A stretch of 63,880 nt of DNA, the filler included, from Lama guanicoe (taxonomy: Eukaryota): the NCBI GenBank assembly GCA_013239625.1. It is 191 parts of 191 records of this genome, joined end to end, with 100 filler letters (N's around TTAATTAATTAA, not from the genome) between each part and the next. Parts side by side here need not be neighbours in the genome. Positions count along the whole stretch, not along the records: positions 1 to 235 come from PNXV01044985.1; positions 336 to 570 come from PNXV01044986.1; positions 671 to 905 come from PNXV01044987.1; positions 1,006 to 1,240 come from PNXV01044988.1; positions 1,341 to 1,575 come from PNXV01044989.1; positions 1,676 to 1,910 come from PNXV01044990.1; positions 2,011 to 2,245 come from PNXV01044991.1; positions 2,346 to 2,580 come from PNXV01044992.1; 183 more parts are not named here. One strand, written 5' to 3'. Shown piece after piece: positions 1-12,836 of the stretch. Below the pieces are notes generated by a model that was not told where the DNA came from, did no database searches, and saw nothing but the letters and a program-made list of their open reading frames with translations. Made by a program: the position numbers and the translations under genes. The first letter of the stretch is position 1. Each line of letters opens with the position of its first letter.

Positions 1-439
1 GACAGAAATTGACCCTTGAGAAGAAAGGGACTGATAAACCAACAGCTTATGCTCCTCCTCTAGAAACATCTTCCTCCCCTTGTTGCACATGGAGTCCCAG
101 CTCTTATGGAGAATGCCAGTCAGTTGGGTGGTAAGTTGAGAACACCTGAATAAGTGAATAAGAAGTGTTCCAGCCTTTACGGATCCTTCTGAAGAGCAAC
201 TAACTGGTGTCTACGGTTCTTTAACTCCTCTTCTTNNNNNNNNNNNNNNNNNNNNNNNNNNNNNNNNNNNNNNNNNNNNTTAATTAATTAANNNNNNNNN
301 NNNNNNNNNNNNNNNNNNNNNNNNNNNNNNNNNNNAGTAAAAACACACTAATTTACTCCTTTGTGGAAAATTAGACAGAACTTAGACTGAAGCGAAAAAG
401 TAGGAAATGTATTTTTAAGAGAAATTATTTATTTATTTT

Positions 440-570
440 GTTTTTAATAGACTTTATTTTTTAGAGAAGTTTTAGATTCACAGCAAAACTGAGTGAAAAG
501 TATAGAGATTTCCCATGTAACCCCTGACATGCATAGCCTCCCCCATGATCAACCTCCCTCGCCAAAGAGG
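440..570 (-). mobile_element. Old LINE-1 (L1MB-type) 3' end
   Basis: TAGACTTTATTTTTTAGAGAAGTTTTAGATTCACAGCAAAACTGAG, typical of an L1MB 3' UTR in antisense. Confidence 0.75.
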
Positions 571-1340
571 NNNNNNNNNNNNNNNNNNNNNNNNNNNNNN
601 NNNNNNNNNNNNNNTTAATTAATTAANNNNNNNNNNNNNNNNNNNNNNNNNNNNNNNNNNNNNNNNNNNNGGAGACAGAGGTGAGCTGTAGTGAGGCAGA
701 GAGAGCACAAAGATGCCTTTGTTCCCTGGAGCAGGTCCATCAGAGGCCCCTACACTGGGGGCCACACCTGAAGCTGCCCCTCAGGCTGAATCTCCAGGAG
801 GAGGTAATCACAGAAAGCCTGGGGGTGAGTCAGTCGGCTGTCTCTCAGGTGCCCTGGGGTGGTAGCCAGCCAAGAACTGTCTGTCCAGTTGTTAACAGTC
901 CCATGNNNNNNNNNNNNNNNNNNNNNNNNNNNNNNNNNNNNNNNNNNNNTTAATTAATTAANNNNNNNNNNNNNNNNNNNNNNNNNNNNNNNNNNNNNNN
1001 NNNNNATGAAATGGGAACTCATTATAGTACCTACCTCACAGAGCTGCTAGGAGGCATCCACAATAATTCACGTTACACTGCTAAGCTGTACTCAGAAAAC
1101 TGAAGCAAACACTTAAGAGGATGGTTGCGCAGCGAGAGTTTTAAAAAGTTTTCTTAAGGTGAGTCTACATTTCGTTGAAATGATCAGCCTCGCAGAAGTG
1201 CCTGCCGGCTTTGTAATGAAGAAACCCACGGACGGATTCCNNNNNNNNNNNNNNNNNNNNNNNNNNNNNNNNNNNNNNNNNNNNTTAATTAATTAANNNN
1301 NNNNNNNNNNNNNNNNNNNNNNNNNNNNNNNNNNNNNNNN

Positions 1341-1575
1341 GGTGATGCTGGCCTCAGAGAATGAGTTTGGACATTTTCTTTCCTCCTCAGTTTTCTGAAA
1401 TGTTTTGAGAAGGGTAAGTGTTAACTCTTTTTTAAATGGTAGAATTCACCCGTGAAGCCATCTGGTCCTGGGCTTTTGTTTGTTGGGTAGTTGTTGTTGT
1501 TTTACTGATTCAGTTTAATTACTGGCAATCAGTCTGTTCATGTTTTCTATTTCTTCCTGATTCAGCCTTGGGAAA
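1341..1575 (-). mobile_element. LINE-1 ORF2 fragment (degenerate)
   Basis: Antisense of the PGPDGFTGEF and NSFSEASIT region of L1 ORF2. Confidence 0.9.
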
Positions 1576-2345
1576 NNNNNNNNNNNNNNNNNNNNNNNNN
1601 NNNNNNNNNNNNNNNNNNNTTAATTAATTAANNNNNNNNNNNNNNNNNNNNNNNNNNNNNNNNNNNNNNNNNNNNAAACTAATATGCTATTGTATGTCAA
1701 TTATACTTCAATTAAAAAAAAAAAAGAAGCACTGTTGGTACTCAGAATAATAGCACTGGCTTGCTTAGTAGGAATAAAAGCTTTTGGAAACACCCACAGA
1801 CCTTTTTCACAAGTCCACTACATGCTTATTCACTGTATTTTACCAGGGTGGTAGGAATTACATGACAGTAAATGAAACAAATGGACTCTCAGTACCCCGG
1901 GTACTTACGCNNNNNNNNNNNNNNNNNNNNNNNNNNNNNNNNNNNNNNNNNNNNTTAATTAATTAANNNNNNNNNNNNNNNNNNNNNNNNNNNNNNNNNN
2001 NNNNNNNNNNTTATGTAAAAGAAATCCAGAGGGAAGCACCTCAGGATTACTACGCCGGCTTTAAGCTATCAGACTCCCAGGCTCCTTCAGTCTTGCTACC
2101 CCACTGTGCCCTTAGCATGTTATCTCATGATCCAAGAGGCTGCTCAAGTCCAGCCAATGTGAAAGAGGAAGGGGTAAAGGAAAGTTTACTCTTTCCTTAG
2201 TAAGGAGACTTAAAAGAATTATATAACACCTGAACCTGTATTTCANNNNNNNNNNNNNNNNNNNNNNNNNNNNNNNNNNNNNNNNNNNNTTAATTAATTA
2301 ANNNNNNNNNNNNNNNNNNNNNNNNNNNNNNNNNNNNNNNNNNNN

Positions 2346-2580
2346 GAAGGGATAAATTGGGAGGTTGAAATTTGCAGATACTAACTACTATATATAAAAT
2401 ACATAAACAGAAAGTTTATACTGTATATAGCACAGGGAATTATATTCAATGTCTTGTAGTAACCTATAACAAACAAGAATATGAAAGCAAATATATATGT
2501 ACCTGTGTGACTGAAACATTATGCTGTATACCAGGAACTGACAACACATGGTAAACTGACTGGACTTAAATAAAAAAAAA
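2346..2580 (+). mobile_element. LINE-1 3' UTR with poly(A), artiodactyl/camelid type
   Basis: CTGTATATAGCACAGGGAATTATATTCAAT...GACTGAAACATTATGCTGTATACCAG...TAAACTGACT...AATAAAAAAAAA. Confidence 0.9.
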
Positions 2581-2680
2581 NNNNNNNNNNNNNNNNNNNN
2601 NNNNNNNNNNNNNNNNNNNNNNNNTTAATTAATTAANNNNNNNNNNNNNNNNNNNNNNNNNNNNNNNNNNNNNNNNNNNN

Positions 2681-2862
2681 GTGATGTATTACATTGATTG
2701 ATTTGTGTAAGTTGAAACACCCTTGTGTCCCTGGGATGAACCCCACTTGATCAGGATGTATAATCTTTTTTATGTTCTGTTGGATTCTATTTGCTAAAAT
2801 TTTGGTAAGGATTTTTGCATCTATGTTCATTAGTAATATTCTGTAATTCTCTTTTTTGGTAG
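2681..2862 (-). mobile_element. LINE-1 ORF2 reverse-transcriptase fragment (inverted arm)
   Basis: [57 protein letters not shown]. Confidence 0.96.
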
Positions 2863-2914
2863 CAACATGTAAATCAGTGAAGCTAGAACACTCCCTTACA
2901 CCATACATAAAAAT
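2861..2914 (+). mobile_element. LINE-1 ORF2 downstream fragment (sense arm)
   Basis: GCA ACA TGT AAA TCA GTG AAG CTA GAA CAC TCC CTT ACA CCA TAC ATA AAA = [17 protein letters not shown], the LTPYTKINS motif. Confidence 0.85.
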
Positions 2915-4373
2915 NNNNNNNNNNNNNNNNNNNNNNNNNNNNNNNNNNNNNNNNNNNNTTAATTAATTAANNNNNNNNNNNNNNNNNNNNNNNNNNNNNN
3001 NNNNNNNNNNNNNNCCTCCAGTACCCAGGATCAACGAGTGGGGCGGAAGGCTGAGGAGCCCAGATGGTAGCAGGCGGTCAGTGTTTTTCCTGTTGGGCTT
3101 GGTGGGGGAGGAAAGTAGCACGTGCCCCCCACCATGGACTGCAGCAGTGAGACAGTAGGGGACGTGGAGGAGGGGAAGTGCTCTCGGGAAAGAGAGGGCA
3201 TTCTCACTCTCTTATCAGAACCTTGGTTTTTACCTTTGCTCTTTTGTAGNNNNNNNNNNNNNNNNNNNNNNNNNNNNNNNNNNNNNNNNNNNNTTAATTA
3301 ATTAANNNNNNNNNNNNNNNNNNNNNNNNNNNNNNNNNNNNNNNNNNNNGTATTTCTACCATGTCTAGCTGCTATTTGAGAAGTTTCCTGCAGCCAAGAT
3401 GTCATTGTTTGCAGGCTGACTGTGGTTTTGGTGGGGGGACAGAAGTGGGTATATATCACAAGTACAGTTGAAGATTTTTATCTATTTTTTTAATTATGGC
3501 AGATAGGATGGTCCCCAAATTGCCTAACACAAATTCTACCAGTTATTCAATCAAATACAAACCTAGGTATTAATGAAAAGGCATNNNNNNNNNNNNNNNN
3601 NNNNNNNNNNNNNNNNNNNNNNNNNNNNTTAATTAATTAANNNNNNNNNNNNNNNNNNNNNNNNNNNNNNNNNNNNNNNNNNNNACGTGCAACACTCTGC
3701 CGAGTGTTTCCACCTTTGTTACGTTATTTTGTCGTTCGTCACCTTGTTTCAGCCGACGAGGTCAGAGCGCCACCTCGCACGGAGGACCCACACGTTTAAG
3801 TCGGGGGCGTCGGCATCCCAGCGCACTGCCCTTCGAGGAGGGGGGTGCCGGGCATGCTGTCCGGTGGCAAGTGGAAGAGCACCAGCTGAAACTGCATCAC
3901 ATGGCAGAGAAGTCCCATCNNNNNNNNNNNNNNNNNNNNNNNNNNNNNNNNNNNNNNNNNNNNTTAATTAATTAANNNNNNNNNNNNNNNNNNNNNNNNN
4001 NNNNNNNNNNNNNNNNNNNGAGGTGAGCTGCCCAACTGGAAGGTGTGAGGAGCCAACATGGAACAAAACAGCACTTTATTGCAGTACAAGTGGGTGGCGT
4101 ACCCCAGGTGTACGCACTGTCCTTTTATAATGCCAGTGGCACATGCGTATTGTTCATAATGCTGACTCTAGGTATTAATGCATACGGACATTTACTTCTT
4201 ACCACGTGCAAGTTATTGTGAACTTTGACCTGGGTCCCATGACCTACTCACTTANNNNNNNNNNNNNNNNNNNNNNNNNNNNNNNNNNNNNNNNNNNNTT
4301 AATTAATTAANNNNNNNNNNNNNNNNNNNNNNNNNNNNNNNNNNNNNNNNNNNNGTGTGTATGCATTACATTT

Positions 4374-4589
4374 TGTGAATGAAAAATATTGTCTACCATA
4401 TCAATAAACAAAGGATGCTGCAACCATCGAACCATCACATTGCAGCCGGCCTGCATGGTGAGCCCTGAGGGACCTCCTGGTGGAAACAGGATGCCCACCA
4501 CCAAGCCCTTAGCCACTGCAGTCATCCCCAGTGGTGCCCAGAGGGGACTCAAGATGGGAAAGAACAGGACACTGGCCCTAGATTGCTAT
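4374..4589 (+). mobile_element. ERV1-class LTR 5' end (MER41-like artiodactyl LTR)
   Basis: Starts TGTGAATGAAAAATATTGTC. CATATCAATAAACAAAGGATG and CAGGACACTGGCCCTAGAT are recalled from artiodactyl ERV1 LTRs. Confidence 0.65.
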
Positions 4590-5024
4590 NNNNNNNNNNN
4601 NNNNNNNNNNNNNNNNNNNNNNNNNNNNNNNNNTTAATTAATTAANNNNNNNNNNNNNNNNNNNNNNNNNNNNNNNNNNNNNNNNNNNNTTCTTTCCCTT
4701 TCTGGCTTACTTCACTTAGTATGACGATCTCCCGGTCTTCTGATGTTGTACATATGTTGTAAAGTCAGTCCTCGTGTCTAAAGGTGACACCCTGAAACAC
4801 CTAGCGCTCCCAGCACCCTCAGAACTGCTCTGAGTGCCTTGCACCGCTCTACCTCAGAAACAGGGTCTGGGAATTTTCCAGCTGCATTCGCTGTAAGGAT
4901 GCTGCTAATGATGCCAGTCAGTTTNNNNNNNNNNNNNNNNNNNNNNNNNNNNNNNNNNNNNNNNNNNNTTAATTAATTAANNNNNNNNNNNNNNNNNNNN
5001 NNNNNNNNNNNNNNNNNNNNNNNN

Positions 5025-5105
5025 ATGTATGTATATACATGACTGGGACATTGTGCTGTACACCAGAAACTGATACATGGTAACTGACTGTACTTTAATA
5101 AAAAT
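5025..5105 (+). mobile_element. LINE-1 3' terminus; MER33-like DNA-transposon sequence follows (~5130-5250)
   Basis: CATGACTGGGACATTGTGCTGTACACCAGAAACTGA...AATAAAA. Confidence 0.8.
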
Positions 5106-6029
5106 ATTTTTAAAAAATAAGTAAAATAAAATTTCCTAATAGTCACATTAAAAAATAAAAATATCAGTTGCAATTTAATTTAATAATATATTTTATTCAG
5201 TCTAATATAGTCAATCATTTCTACATGTAATCAATAAAATATTATGAACAGTCTTTGAANNNNNNNNNNNNNNNNNNNNNNNNNNNNNNNNNNNNNNNNN
5301 NNNTTAATTAATTAANNNNNNNNNNNNNNNNNNNNNNNNNNNNNNNNNNNNNNNNNNNNATCAACAGAAACGTCACCAGACTGTTCATCAGAACGTAAAC
5401 CATAAAACGATGCTATTAGAACACACTTTGCATGTGTGTGAGAAATCAGCATGTTTCTCTATAAAACCAACCACACTACAAGTGTACCAGTAGGTTTAGG
5501 GGGCACCAGATAAATGTCCAATCACAAAATATTGTGCCACGAAGGAAAATGAGGGAACACATGAGCTTCCTGCCTGTCAAGTCCATCAACGCAGNNNNNN
5601 NNNNNNNNNNNNNNNNNNNNNNNNNNNNNNNNNNNNNNTTAATTAATTAANNNNNNNNNNNNNNNNNNNNNNNNNNNNNNNNNNNNNNNNNNNNTGCTGG
5701 ACTGAATGACTCGTTAAGACAAGAACTATATAGTAAAGGAGCTAAGGGCCTTGGAAAGTCTTGACTGATGGGCTAAGGAAGTTGGAAGATATTTGGTATT
5801 TAGTAGAAGGGCGAGTGAAACAGAGAAGAGCTTCCTTAGAAATATGACATGAGCCACGCAATCTATGGTACCTTCTGTATAAAAAAAAAAAAAAGGAAAG
5901 AAAAACAGGAGCATACTTCAAAAGTCTAGNNNNNNNNNNNNNNNNNNNNNNNNNNNNNNNNNNNNNNNNNNNNTTAATTAATTAANNNNNNNNNNNNNNN
6001 NNNNNNNNNNNNNNNNNNNNNNNNNNNNN

Positions 6030-6934
6030 TTACCACCTTCAGTGGCTGTCCCCCTGCCCTGAAATCATTTAGATACAACCTGTGTCTCTATTATGGTGAT
6101 TTGTATATGGGCTGAGGCGTCATAGAACAATCGTCCACTCACTTCAGTGGAAAAATATTGACTTGACTATAATTCCAGTTTACAAAGACATACCAGCATG
6201 AATGTAAAGCAACCCTGAGAATTTTTTCTTTAAGCATACCCACAAATGACAGCCCACTTCTGTTNNNNNNNNNNNNNNNNNNNNNNNNNNNNNNNNNNNN
6301 NNNNNNNNTTAATTAATTAANNNNNNNNNNNNNNNNNNNNNNNNNNNNNNNNNNNNNNNNNNNNTACCCTGGCCCAAGCCTTGGAGGGGCCTCTGAGGCA
6401 TTTATCCAAGGCCTCGTTGCAGCATTTCAGGCAGGCAGTTAGTGGGGACAGAGAGGTTCAGCCTCTGGAAAGCATCTGGGGGGAGGGCCTCAGCAAATGT
6501 CTTTGTCCTGCAGGCCATGGTGTGACAACAGCGGGGTTTCCCACTTGCTGAGGGAGGGAGCCAAGGCACAGGGAGGCTGAGCAAGGCCCAAGGCCACACN
6601 NNNNNNNNNNNNNNNNNNNNNNNNNNNNNNNNNNNNNNNNNNNTTAATTAATTAANNNNNNNNNNNNNNNNNNNNNNNNNNNNNNNNNNNNNNNNNNNNT
6701 TACCACCTTCAGTGGCTGTCCCCCTGCCCTGAAATCATTTAGATACAATCTGTGTCTCTATTATGGTGATTTGTATATGGGCTGAGGAGTCATAGAACAA
6801 TCGTCCACTCATTTCAGTGGAAAAATATTGACTTGACTATAATACCAGTTTACAAAGACATACCAGCATGAATGTAAAGCAACCTTGAGAATTTTTTCTT
6901 TAAGCATACCCACAAATGACAGCCCACTTCTGTT
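6030..6934 (+). repeat. Near-identical contig pair 6030-6264 / 6700-6934
   Basis: 5 substitutions in 235 bp. Confidence 0.97.
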
Positions 6935-8374
6935 NNNNNNNNNNNNNNNNNNNNNNNNNNNNNNNNNNNNNNNNNNNNTTAATTAATTAANNNNNNNNNN
7001 NNNNNNNNNNNNNNNNNNNNNNNNNNNNNNNNNNCAAATTATTTAAACTTCTTAATCAGAGCTTCAATTATTTAATTTTTAAAATGAGGGCATATCACAA
7101 ATAATAACTATCATGATCACCACTTTTCAGTGAGCACATAGTGCATGCCATGGCACGGGGCTAAGCACGTCACATGTTTTATAGCACTTACGCCTTACAA
7201 AGTTGAGCTGGGTTTACTACGCCCATTCTATAAAAGGAGTGCACTGGGAAAGACCAAGTAACATGCACANNNNNNNNNNNNNNNNNNNNNNNNNNNNNNN
7301 NNNNNNNNNNNNNTTAATTAATTAANNNNNNNNNNNNNNNNNNNNNNNNNNNNNNNNNNNNNNNNNNNNTTTTGAGCATCTCTGCGTGCCTGCTCAGAGA
7401 CTTGGGCACCTACGTTAGCTTGTCTCATTTACGGACAGAAAGATGCCTAGTGCCGTGTGCATGAGCCCCAGAGAGGGGTGCTTCCCATGCCATTGTGTGC
7501 TCAGAGGGACATGAAGGGAGGTGCCAGCTGCAGGTGACTCCCAGACGCAGGGAAGGAGGCTAGAGCCATGCCTTCAGCAGGGGCTTCTTATCAGGTTCTG
7601 CGATNNNNNNNNNNNNNNNNNNNNNNNNNNNNNNNNNNNNNNNNNNNNTTAATTAATTAANNNNNNNNNNNNNNNNNNNNNNNNNNNNNNNNNNNNNNNN
7701 NNNNACAGTATGACAAATACTTCTGAAATAAGAGAAAACATAGGTTAAGAATCCAAACAGAATCTATACAAATACAAATCACACATTTTTGAGCCAGAAA
7801 GACGGGTTTAATGAATCGAGGGGGAAACAAATGAGAAATGGATACAACGCAGGATATACCATTTACACCCGCCACAACTCATCAATGGTTGGTTTATATA
7901 ATACAATAAAAATCAAAACGATGCTGGAGAACAGTAATANNNNNNNNNNNNNNNNNNNNNNNNNNNNNNNNNNNNNNNNNNNNTTAATTAATTAANNNNN
8001 NNNNNNNNNNNNNNNNNNNNNNNNNNNNNNNNNNNNNNNTGTGATCTGCCCAAGCCACTACATTTATTGCCATAAGTGTTGTCATATTTGCTTCTACTTC
8101 AATTAGAAGTAAAATTGGAAGAGTTATGACACCACAGTCTACTTCCCAAAGCTTTTCTCTTTGTGGTGAACAATCTTGCAGATGTCCTTTTGGGTACAGT
8201 TGTCTCTGGATTGGACTAAGACAACATGAGCTCTGCTCTTAAGTGCTTTCTTATTTTTGAGAACATGTTTTTTTNNNNNNNNNNNNNNNNNNNNNNNNNN
8301 NNNNNNNNNNNNNNNNNNTTAATTAATTAANNNNNNNNNNNNNNNNNNNNNNNNNNNNNNNNNNNNNNNNNNNN

Positions 8375-8555
8375 TTCTCACAGCTTTGTCAATGCATCTT
8401 TGTGCTCCCGCAATGTGCTTTATCCTGTCTCTTGGATTCTGCAGCACTCCTAAAGGTATTTTCTCCTATGGATCGTTATTACATTGGTGTTTCTGTTGGA
8501 ATACGAAGGCTGGGGGTTGGAGCCCCCTATTCTGACACCTTGCTGATGTCACTCT
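8375..8555 (-). mobile_element. Old LINE-1 5' end
   Basis: Reverse complement AGAGTGACATCAGCAAGGTGTCAGAATAGG resembles the L1M 5' start GTGACGTCAGCAAGATGGCGGAATAGG. Confidence 0.55.
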
Positions 8556-8709
8556 TCCCTACATTATTTTGTTTTCAAGAACACTTAATAGCTACCAAAA
8601 CTAACCATANNNNNNNNNNNNNNNNNNNNNNNNNNNNNNNNNNNNNNNNNNNNTTAATTAATTAANNNNNNNNNNNNNNNNNNNNNNNNNNNNNNNNNNN
8701 NNNNNNNNN

Positions 8710-9279
8710 TAGGGAACTAGGGATAATGTTTCTGATTTACTCTCAATTCAGACAAAAACAGAGTGTTTATGTAGAAGGAAACATATGCAGATAATAATAA
8801 AGCAAATACGGTAAAATGTTAAATGATGAACCTGTGTGATAGGTTTACAGAAAACTATATTATCCTTGCAACTTCTCTGCGAGTTTAAATTATTGCAAAT
8901 TTTTAATCAGTCAAGTTATTAACATAGGGTTCATAAAATTAGAANNNNNNNNNNNNNNNNNNNNNNNNNNNNNNNNNNNNNNNNNNNNTTAATTAATTAA
9001 NNNNNNNNNNNNNNNNNNNNNNNNNNNNNNNNNNNNNNNNNNNNTAGGGAACTAGGGATAATGTTTCTGATTTACTCTCAATTCAGACAAAAAGAGTGTG
9101 TTTATGTAGAAGGAAACATACACAAATAATAATAAAGCAAATACGGTAAAATGTTAAATGATGAATCTGTGTGATAGGTTTACAGGAAACCATATTATCC
9201 TTGCAACTTCTCTGTGAGTTTAAATTATTTCAAATTTTTAATCAGTCAAGTTATTAACATAGGGTTCATAAAATTAGAA
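8710..9279 (+). repeat. Near-identical contig pair 8710-8944 / 9045-9279 (old L1M 3' end)
   Basis: 10 substitutions in 235 bp. Confidence 0.97.
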
Positions 9280-9379
9280 NNNNNNNNNNNNNNNNNNNNN
9301 NNNNNNNNNNNNNNNNNNNNNNNTTAATTAATTAANNNNNNNNNNNNNNNNNNNNNNNNNNNNNNNNNNNNNNNNNNNN

Positions 9380-9614
9380 ACTGTGAACAGAACCTCAGGG
9401 CTTAGTAGATAGTATCAAACAGTCCAACATATGTGTAATTGATGCTCACAAAGCAAAAAAAAAAAAGAGAGAATGGGACAAATATATATTTATTTCACAA
9501 AATAATACCAATAATTCCCTAAATTTGTCAAAAGACAAAATTTTAGATGTGAATTATCAGCAAGCATCAAGTAAGTAAATAAATAAACCATATTGAGCCA
9601 TATTGTGGTCCAAC
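9380..9614 (+). mobile_element. Old LINE-1 ORF1 fragment
   Basis: Degenerate KxSNIxVIGV...IFxEII.ENFPNL.KD pattern. Confidence 0.65.
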
Positions 9615-10759
9615 NNNNNNNNNNNNNNNNNNNNNNNNNNNNNNNNNNNNNNNNNNNNTTAATTAATTAANNNNNNNNNNNNNNNNNNNNNNNNNNNNNN
9701 NNNNNNNNNNNNNNATGATGTATTGACAGTTTGTACAATCCAGAGCTGCAGTACAAAGCAAGTTGTGGGTCCTTGTAACCCCTTACAAGATCAAGAAGGA
9801 CTGTTACCTCCTACGGAGGTCTGGTTAAGGCAGATGCACCATACACACCAAAGGGAAAGGAGGCCCAAAAGGCAGAGAAAAATTGTATGTTTAAATTTTT
9901 CTTGTCTTGCCATGAAATATGAATTATATTTCATCACCATTAAATGCATNNNNNNNNNNNNNNNNNNNNNNNNNNNNNNNNNNNNNNNNNNNNTTAATTA
10001 ATTAANNNNNNNNNNNNNNNNNNNNNNNNNNNNNNNNNNNNNNNNNNNNCACTACCCTTTAAGAAAAATAGAACTGAGAAACTGTAGAAGAGAATCCTGT
10101 AGATTTCAAGCCACGTTGAACAGTCCTATTCCTCTTAATGAGAGCAGAGAATTTTCACAGTGAATCTGGGCACAGTACATATCTTTCAGTAGGAAAACTC
10201 ATTCATTTAAGCCTCATGGCTTGAAAGATTTCAGGCCTTTATTTAGCCTTGTCACTCAGTTGACTAATCCATTGTCTTGAAAGCNNNNNNNNNNNNNNNN
10301 NNNNNNNNNNNNNNNNNNNNNNNNNNNNTTAATTAATTAANNNNNNNNNNNNNNNNNNNNNNNNNNNNNNNNNNNNNNNNNNNNGAGGGGGCGGGGGTTC
10401 CAAACAGGGGATGCTGGGCCCCCGCAGGATGAATGAGGTCCCACACCCAGAGGGCCCAGCACATGAAGGGCTCGGACACCCGAGTGACCGGAAGGTTGAG
10501 TTCCACCCAGGGCTGGAGGGGTGCAGTGGGTGGAGGTGCAGTGGGTGGGGGGCAGCAGGTGGGGAATGACCCTGCTGTAGGGGCAGTACCTTGCATCACC
10601 CCCTTCTCACTGCACACACNNNNNNNNNNNNNNNNNNNNNNNNNNNNNNNNNNNNNNNNNNNNTTAATTAATTAANNNNNNNNNNNNNNNNNNNNNNNNN
10701 NNNNNNNNNNNNNNNNNNNATGGTTTTTGGCTCTCTGCTCTTTTTATTTCCCTCAGATA

Positions 10760-10954
10760 AACTTTTAAAAAGTTTTAGAACAGTTTTAGATTTACAGAAG
10801 AACTGTCACAATAATATAGAGCTGTCAATATGCTGCGTCTGGTTCCCCTGTTATTAACATCTTTCACTAGTGTGGTACATTTCTACTAGAGAACCAATAT
10901 TGATGGATTGTTATTAACTAGAATCTGTACTTTATTTAGCTTCCTTAGTTTTTA
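10760..10954 (-). mobile_element. L1MC-type 3' end
   Basis: AGAACAGTTTTAGATTTACAGAA...TTATTAACATCTT...GTGTGGTACATT...GAACCAATATTGAT. Confidence 0.75.
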
Positions 10955-11724
10955 NNNNNNNNNNNNNNNNNNNNNNNNNNNNNNNNNNNNNNNNNNNNTT
11001 AATTAATTAANNNNNNNNNNNNNNNNNNNNNNNNNNNNNNNNNNNNNNNNNNNNTGATCTTGGTCCTGATGTTTCATAGAACTGGAGGAAAATTGCCTGC
11101 AATTAAGAAAGAGCAGATGCATGCTGCCTCAATCCACTCTGGTTGGATGTGGAGGAGAGGAACTTCCAAAGTCAAAGCTTTGATCAGAGACTCAACCTGA
11201 GGAGGCTGTCGAGTACTTTGGAGCTTCTATAGCAGAATGCCATAGACTGGCTGGCTTATAAACTAGAGAAATGTATTTTTTGGAGTTCTNNNNNNNNNNN
11301 NNNNNNNNNNNNNNNNNNNNNNNNNNNNNNNNNTTAATTAATTAANNNNNNNNNNNNNNNNNNNNNNNNNNNNNNNNNNNNNNNNNNNNGTGTCTAAGCA
11401 GTTTACCTTTCTTGCTAATGTTCTTACTCTGATTTTTTAAAAAAAAAAGATTCTCTCAAAAAACATGACTTTTAAGACAGGCTTTTCTATGTATTGTTTT
11501 CTCACGATACTACGGCTCTGTCGTCAGGACTCACCGTCGCCTCCCTTGGAGTGAAACCTTAATGATCGGACTGAGGTGACGTGTGAGGAGGGCATGTGGA
11601 TAAGTAAGGAGATGAGGAAATATTNNNNNNNNNNNNNNNNNNNNNNNNNNNNNNNNNNNNNNNNNNNNTTAATTAATTAANNNNNNNNNNNNNNNNNNNN
11701 NNNNNNNNNNNNNNNNNNNNNNNN

Positions 11725-11959
11725 TCTTTGCTTTTCTCTTGCTGCCTTTAGGATCATTTCTTTATCCTGACTCTGGCCATCTTGATTATGATATGTCTTG
11801 GGGTGAATCTTTTTGGGTTCTTCCTGTTTGAGACCCTCTGAGCTTTCTGTACCTGGATATCTGATTCCTTTTTTATGTTTGGGAAGTTTTCAGTCATTAT
11901 TTCTTCCAATACCTTTTCAATCCCCTTTGACCTTTCTTCCCCTTCTGGGACCCCTATTA
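11725..11959 (-). mobile_element. LINE-1 ORF1 fragment
   Basis: Antisense IGVPEG...VLEEIMTENFPN...IQVQKAQRV...TPRHIIIKMA...ILKAAREKQ. Confidence 0.9.
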
Positions 11960-12836
11960 NNNNNNNNNNNNNNNNNNNNNNNNNNNNNNNNNNNNNNNNN
12001 NNNTTAATTAATTAANNNNNNNNNNNNNNNNNNNNNNNNNNNNNNNNNNNNNNNNNNNNCGTTAATTAAATTCCCACTTCTTCACACCCTGGCTTGTTTT
12101 GCCACTCGTTGAACGAGAATCTTACTCAAGATTGTAAGTAAAAATGCTGTGACATTATGAAAGCTGCCCGCTAGCAGCATTTTAAGACATTGCTGATTTG
12201 CTTAAGATTCCCCACAGCCACAGAGCGAGTCCGTGGGCTCTGAAAGTTACCCTCGTGCAAATGGAGAAGGTTATACTGGAAGGCTGGTAATTTCNNNNNN
12301 NNNNNNNNNNNNNNNNNNNNNNNNNNNNNNNNNNNNNNTTAATTAATTAANNNNNNNNNNNNNNNNNNNNNNNNNNNNNNNNNNNNNNNNNNNNTACAGT
12401 ATAGATTTATTTTTCCCATTCCCATCTTTATAAAAGTGAAGCATGGTTTAGCCTAATGTTCACAGATGTAGTGTGTTGCTTTGATGATGAAAGAAAAGAG
12501 AGAAATCTGTATAAGTTAACATAATATGGACATAGAAATGTTTTGCTTGTAAGCAGAGCAAAATCTTTTTCTAACTCAGAAATAATAGTTAACATTTCCT
12601 GAAACCTACTACACACTAGGCATTTTGCTNNNNNNNNNNNNNNNNNNNNNNNNNNNNNNNNNNNNNNNNNNNNTTAATTAATTAANNNNNNNNNNNNNNN
12701 NNNNNNNNNNNNNNNNNNNNNNNNNNNNNGTGACTTAGGAAGAATGTGTGCCTGATTCCATGGTGAGCTCTTCTCACACTATAGGAAGAGTAGGATCAAG
12801 TACTGGTGGTGTCAGGAGTGGGATAAAAACACTCAC

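Noticed and set aside
3685..3919. CpG-rich contig as possible microbial contamination or REST site
   Set aside because: No recognisable microbial coding signal and only a partial motif; compatible with GC-rich mammalian DNA.
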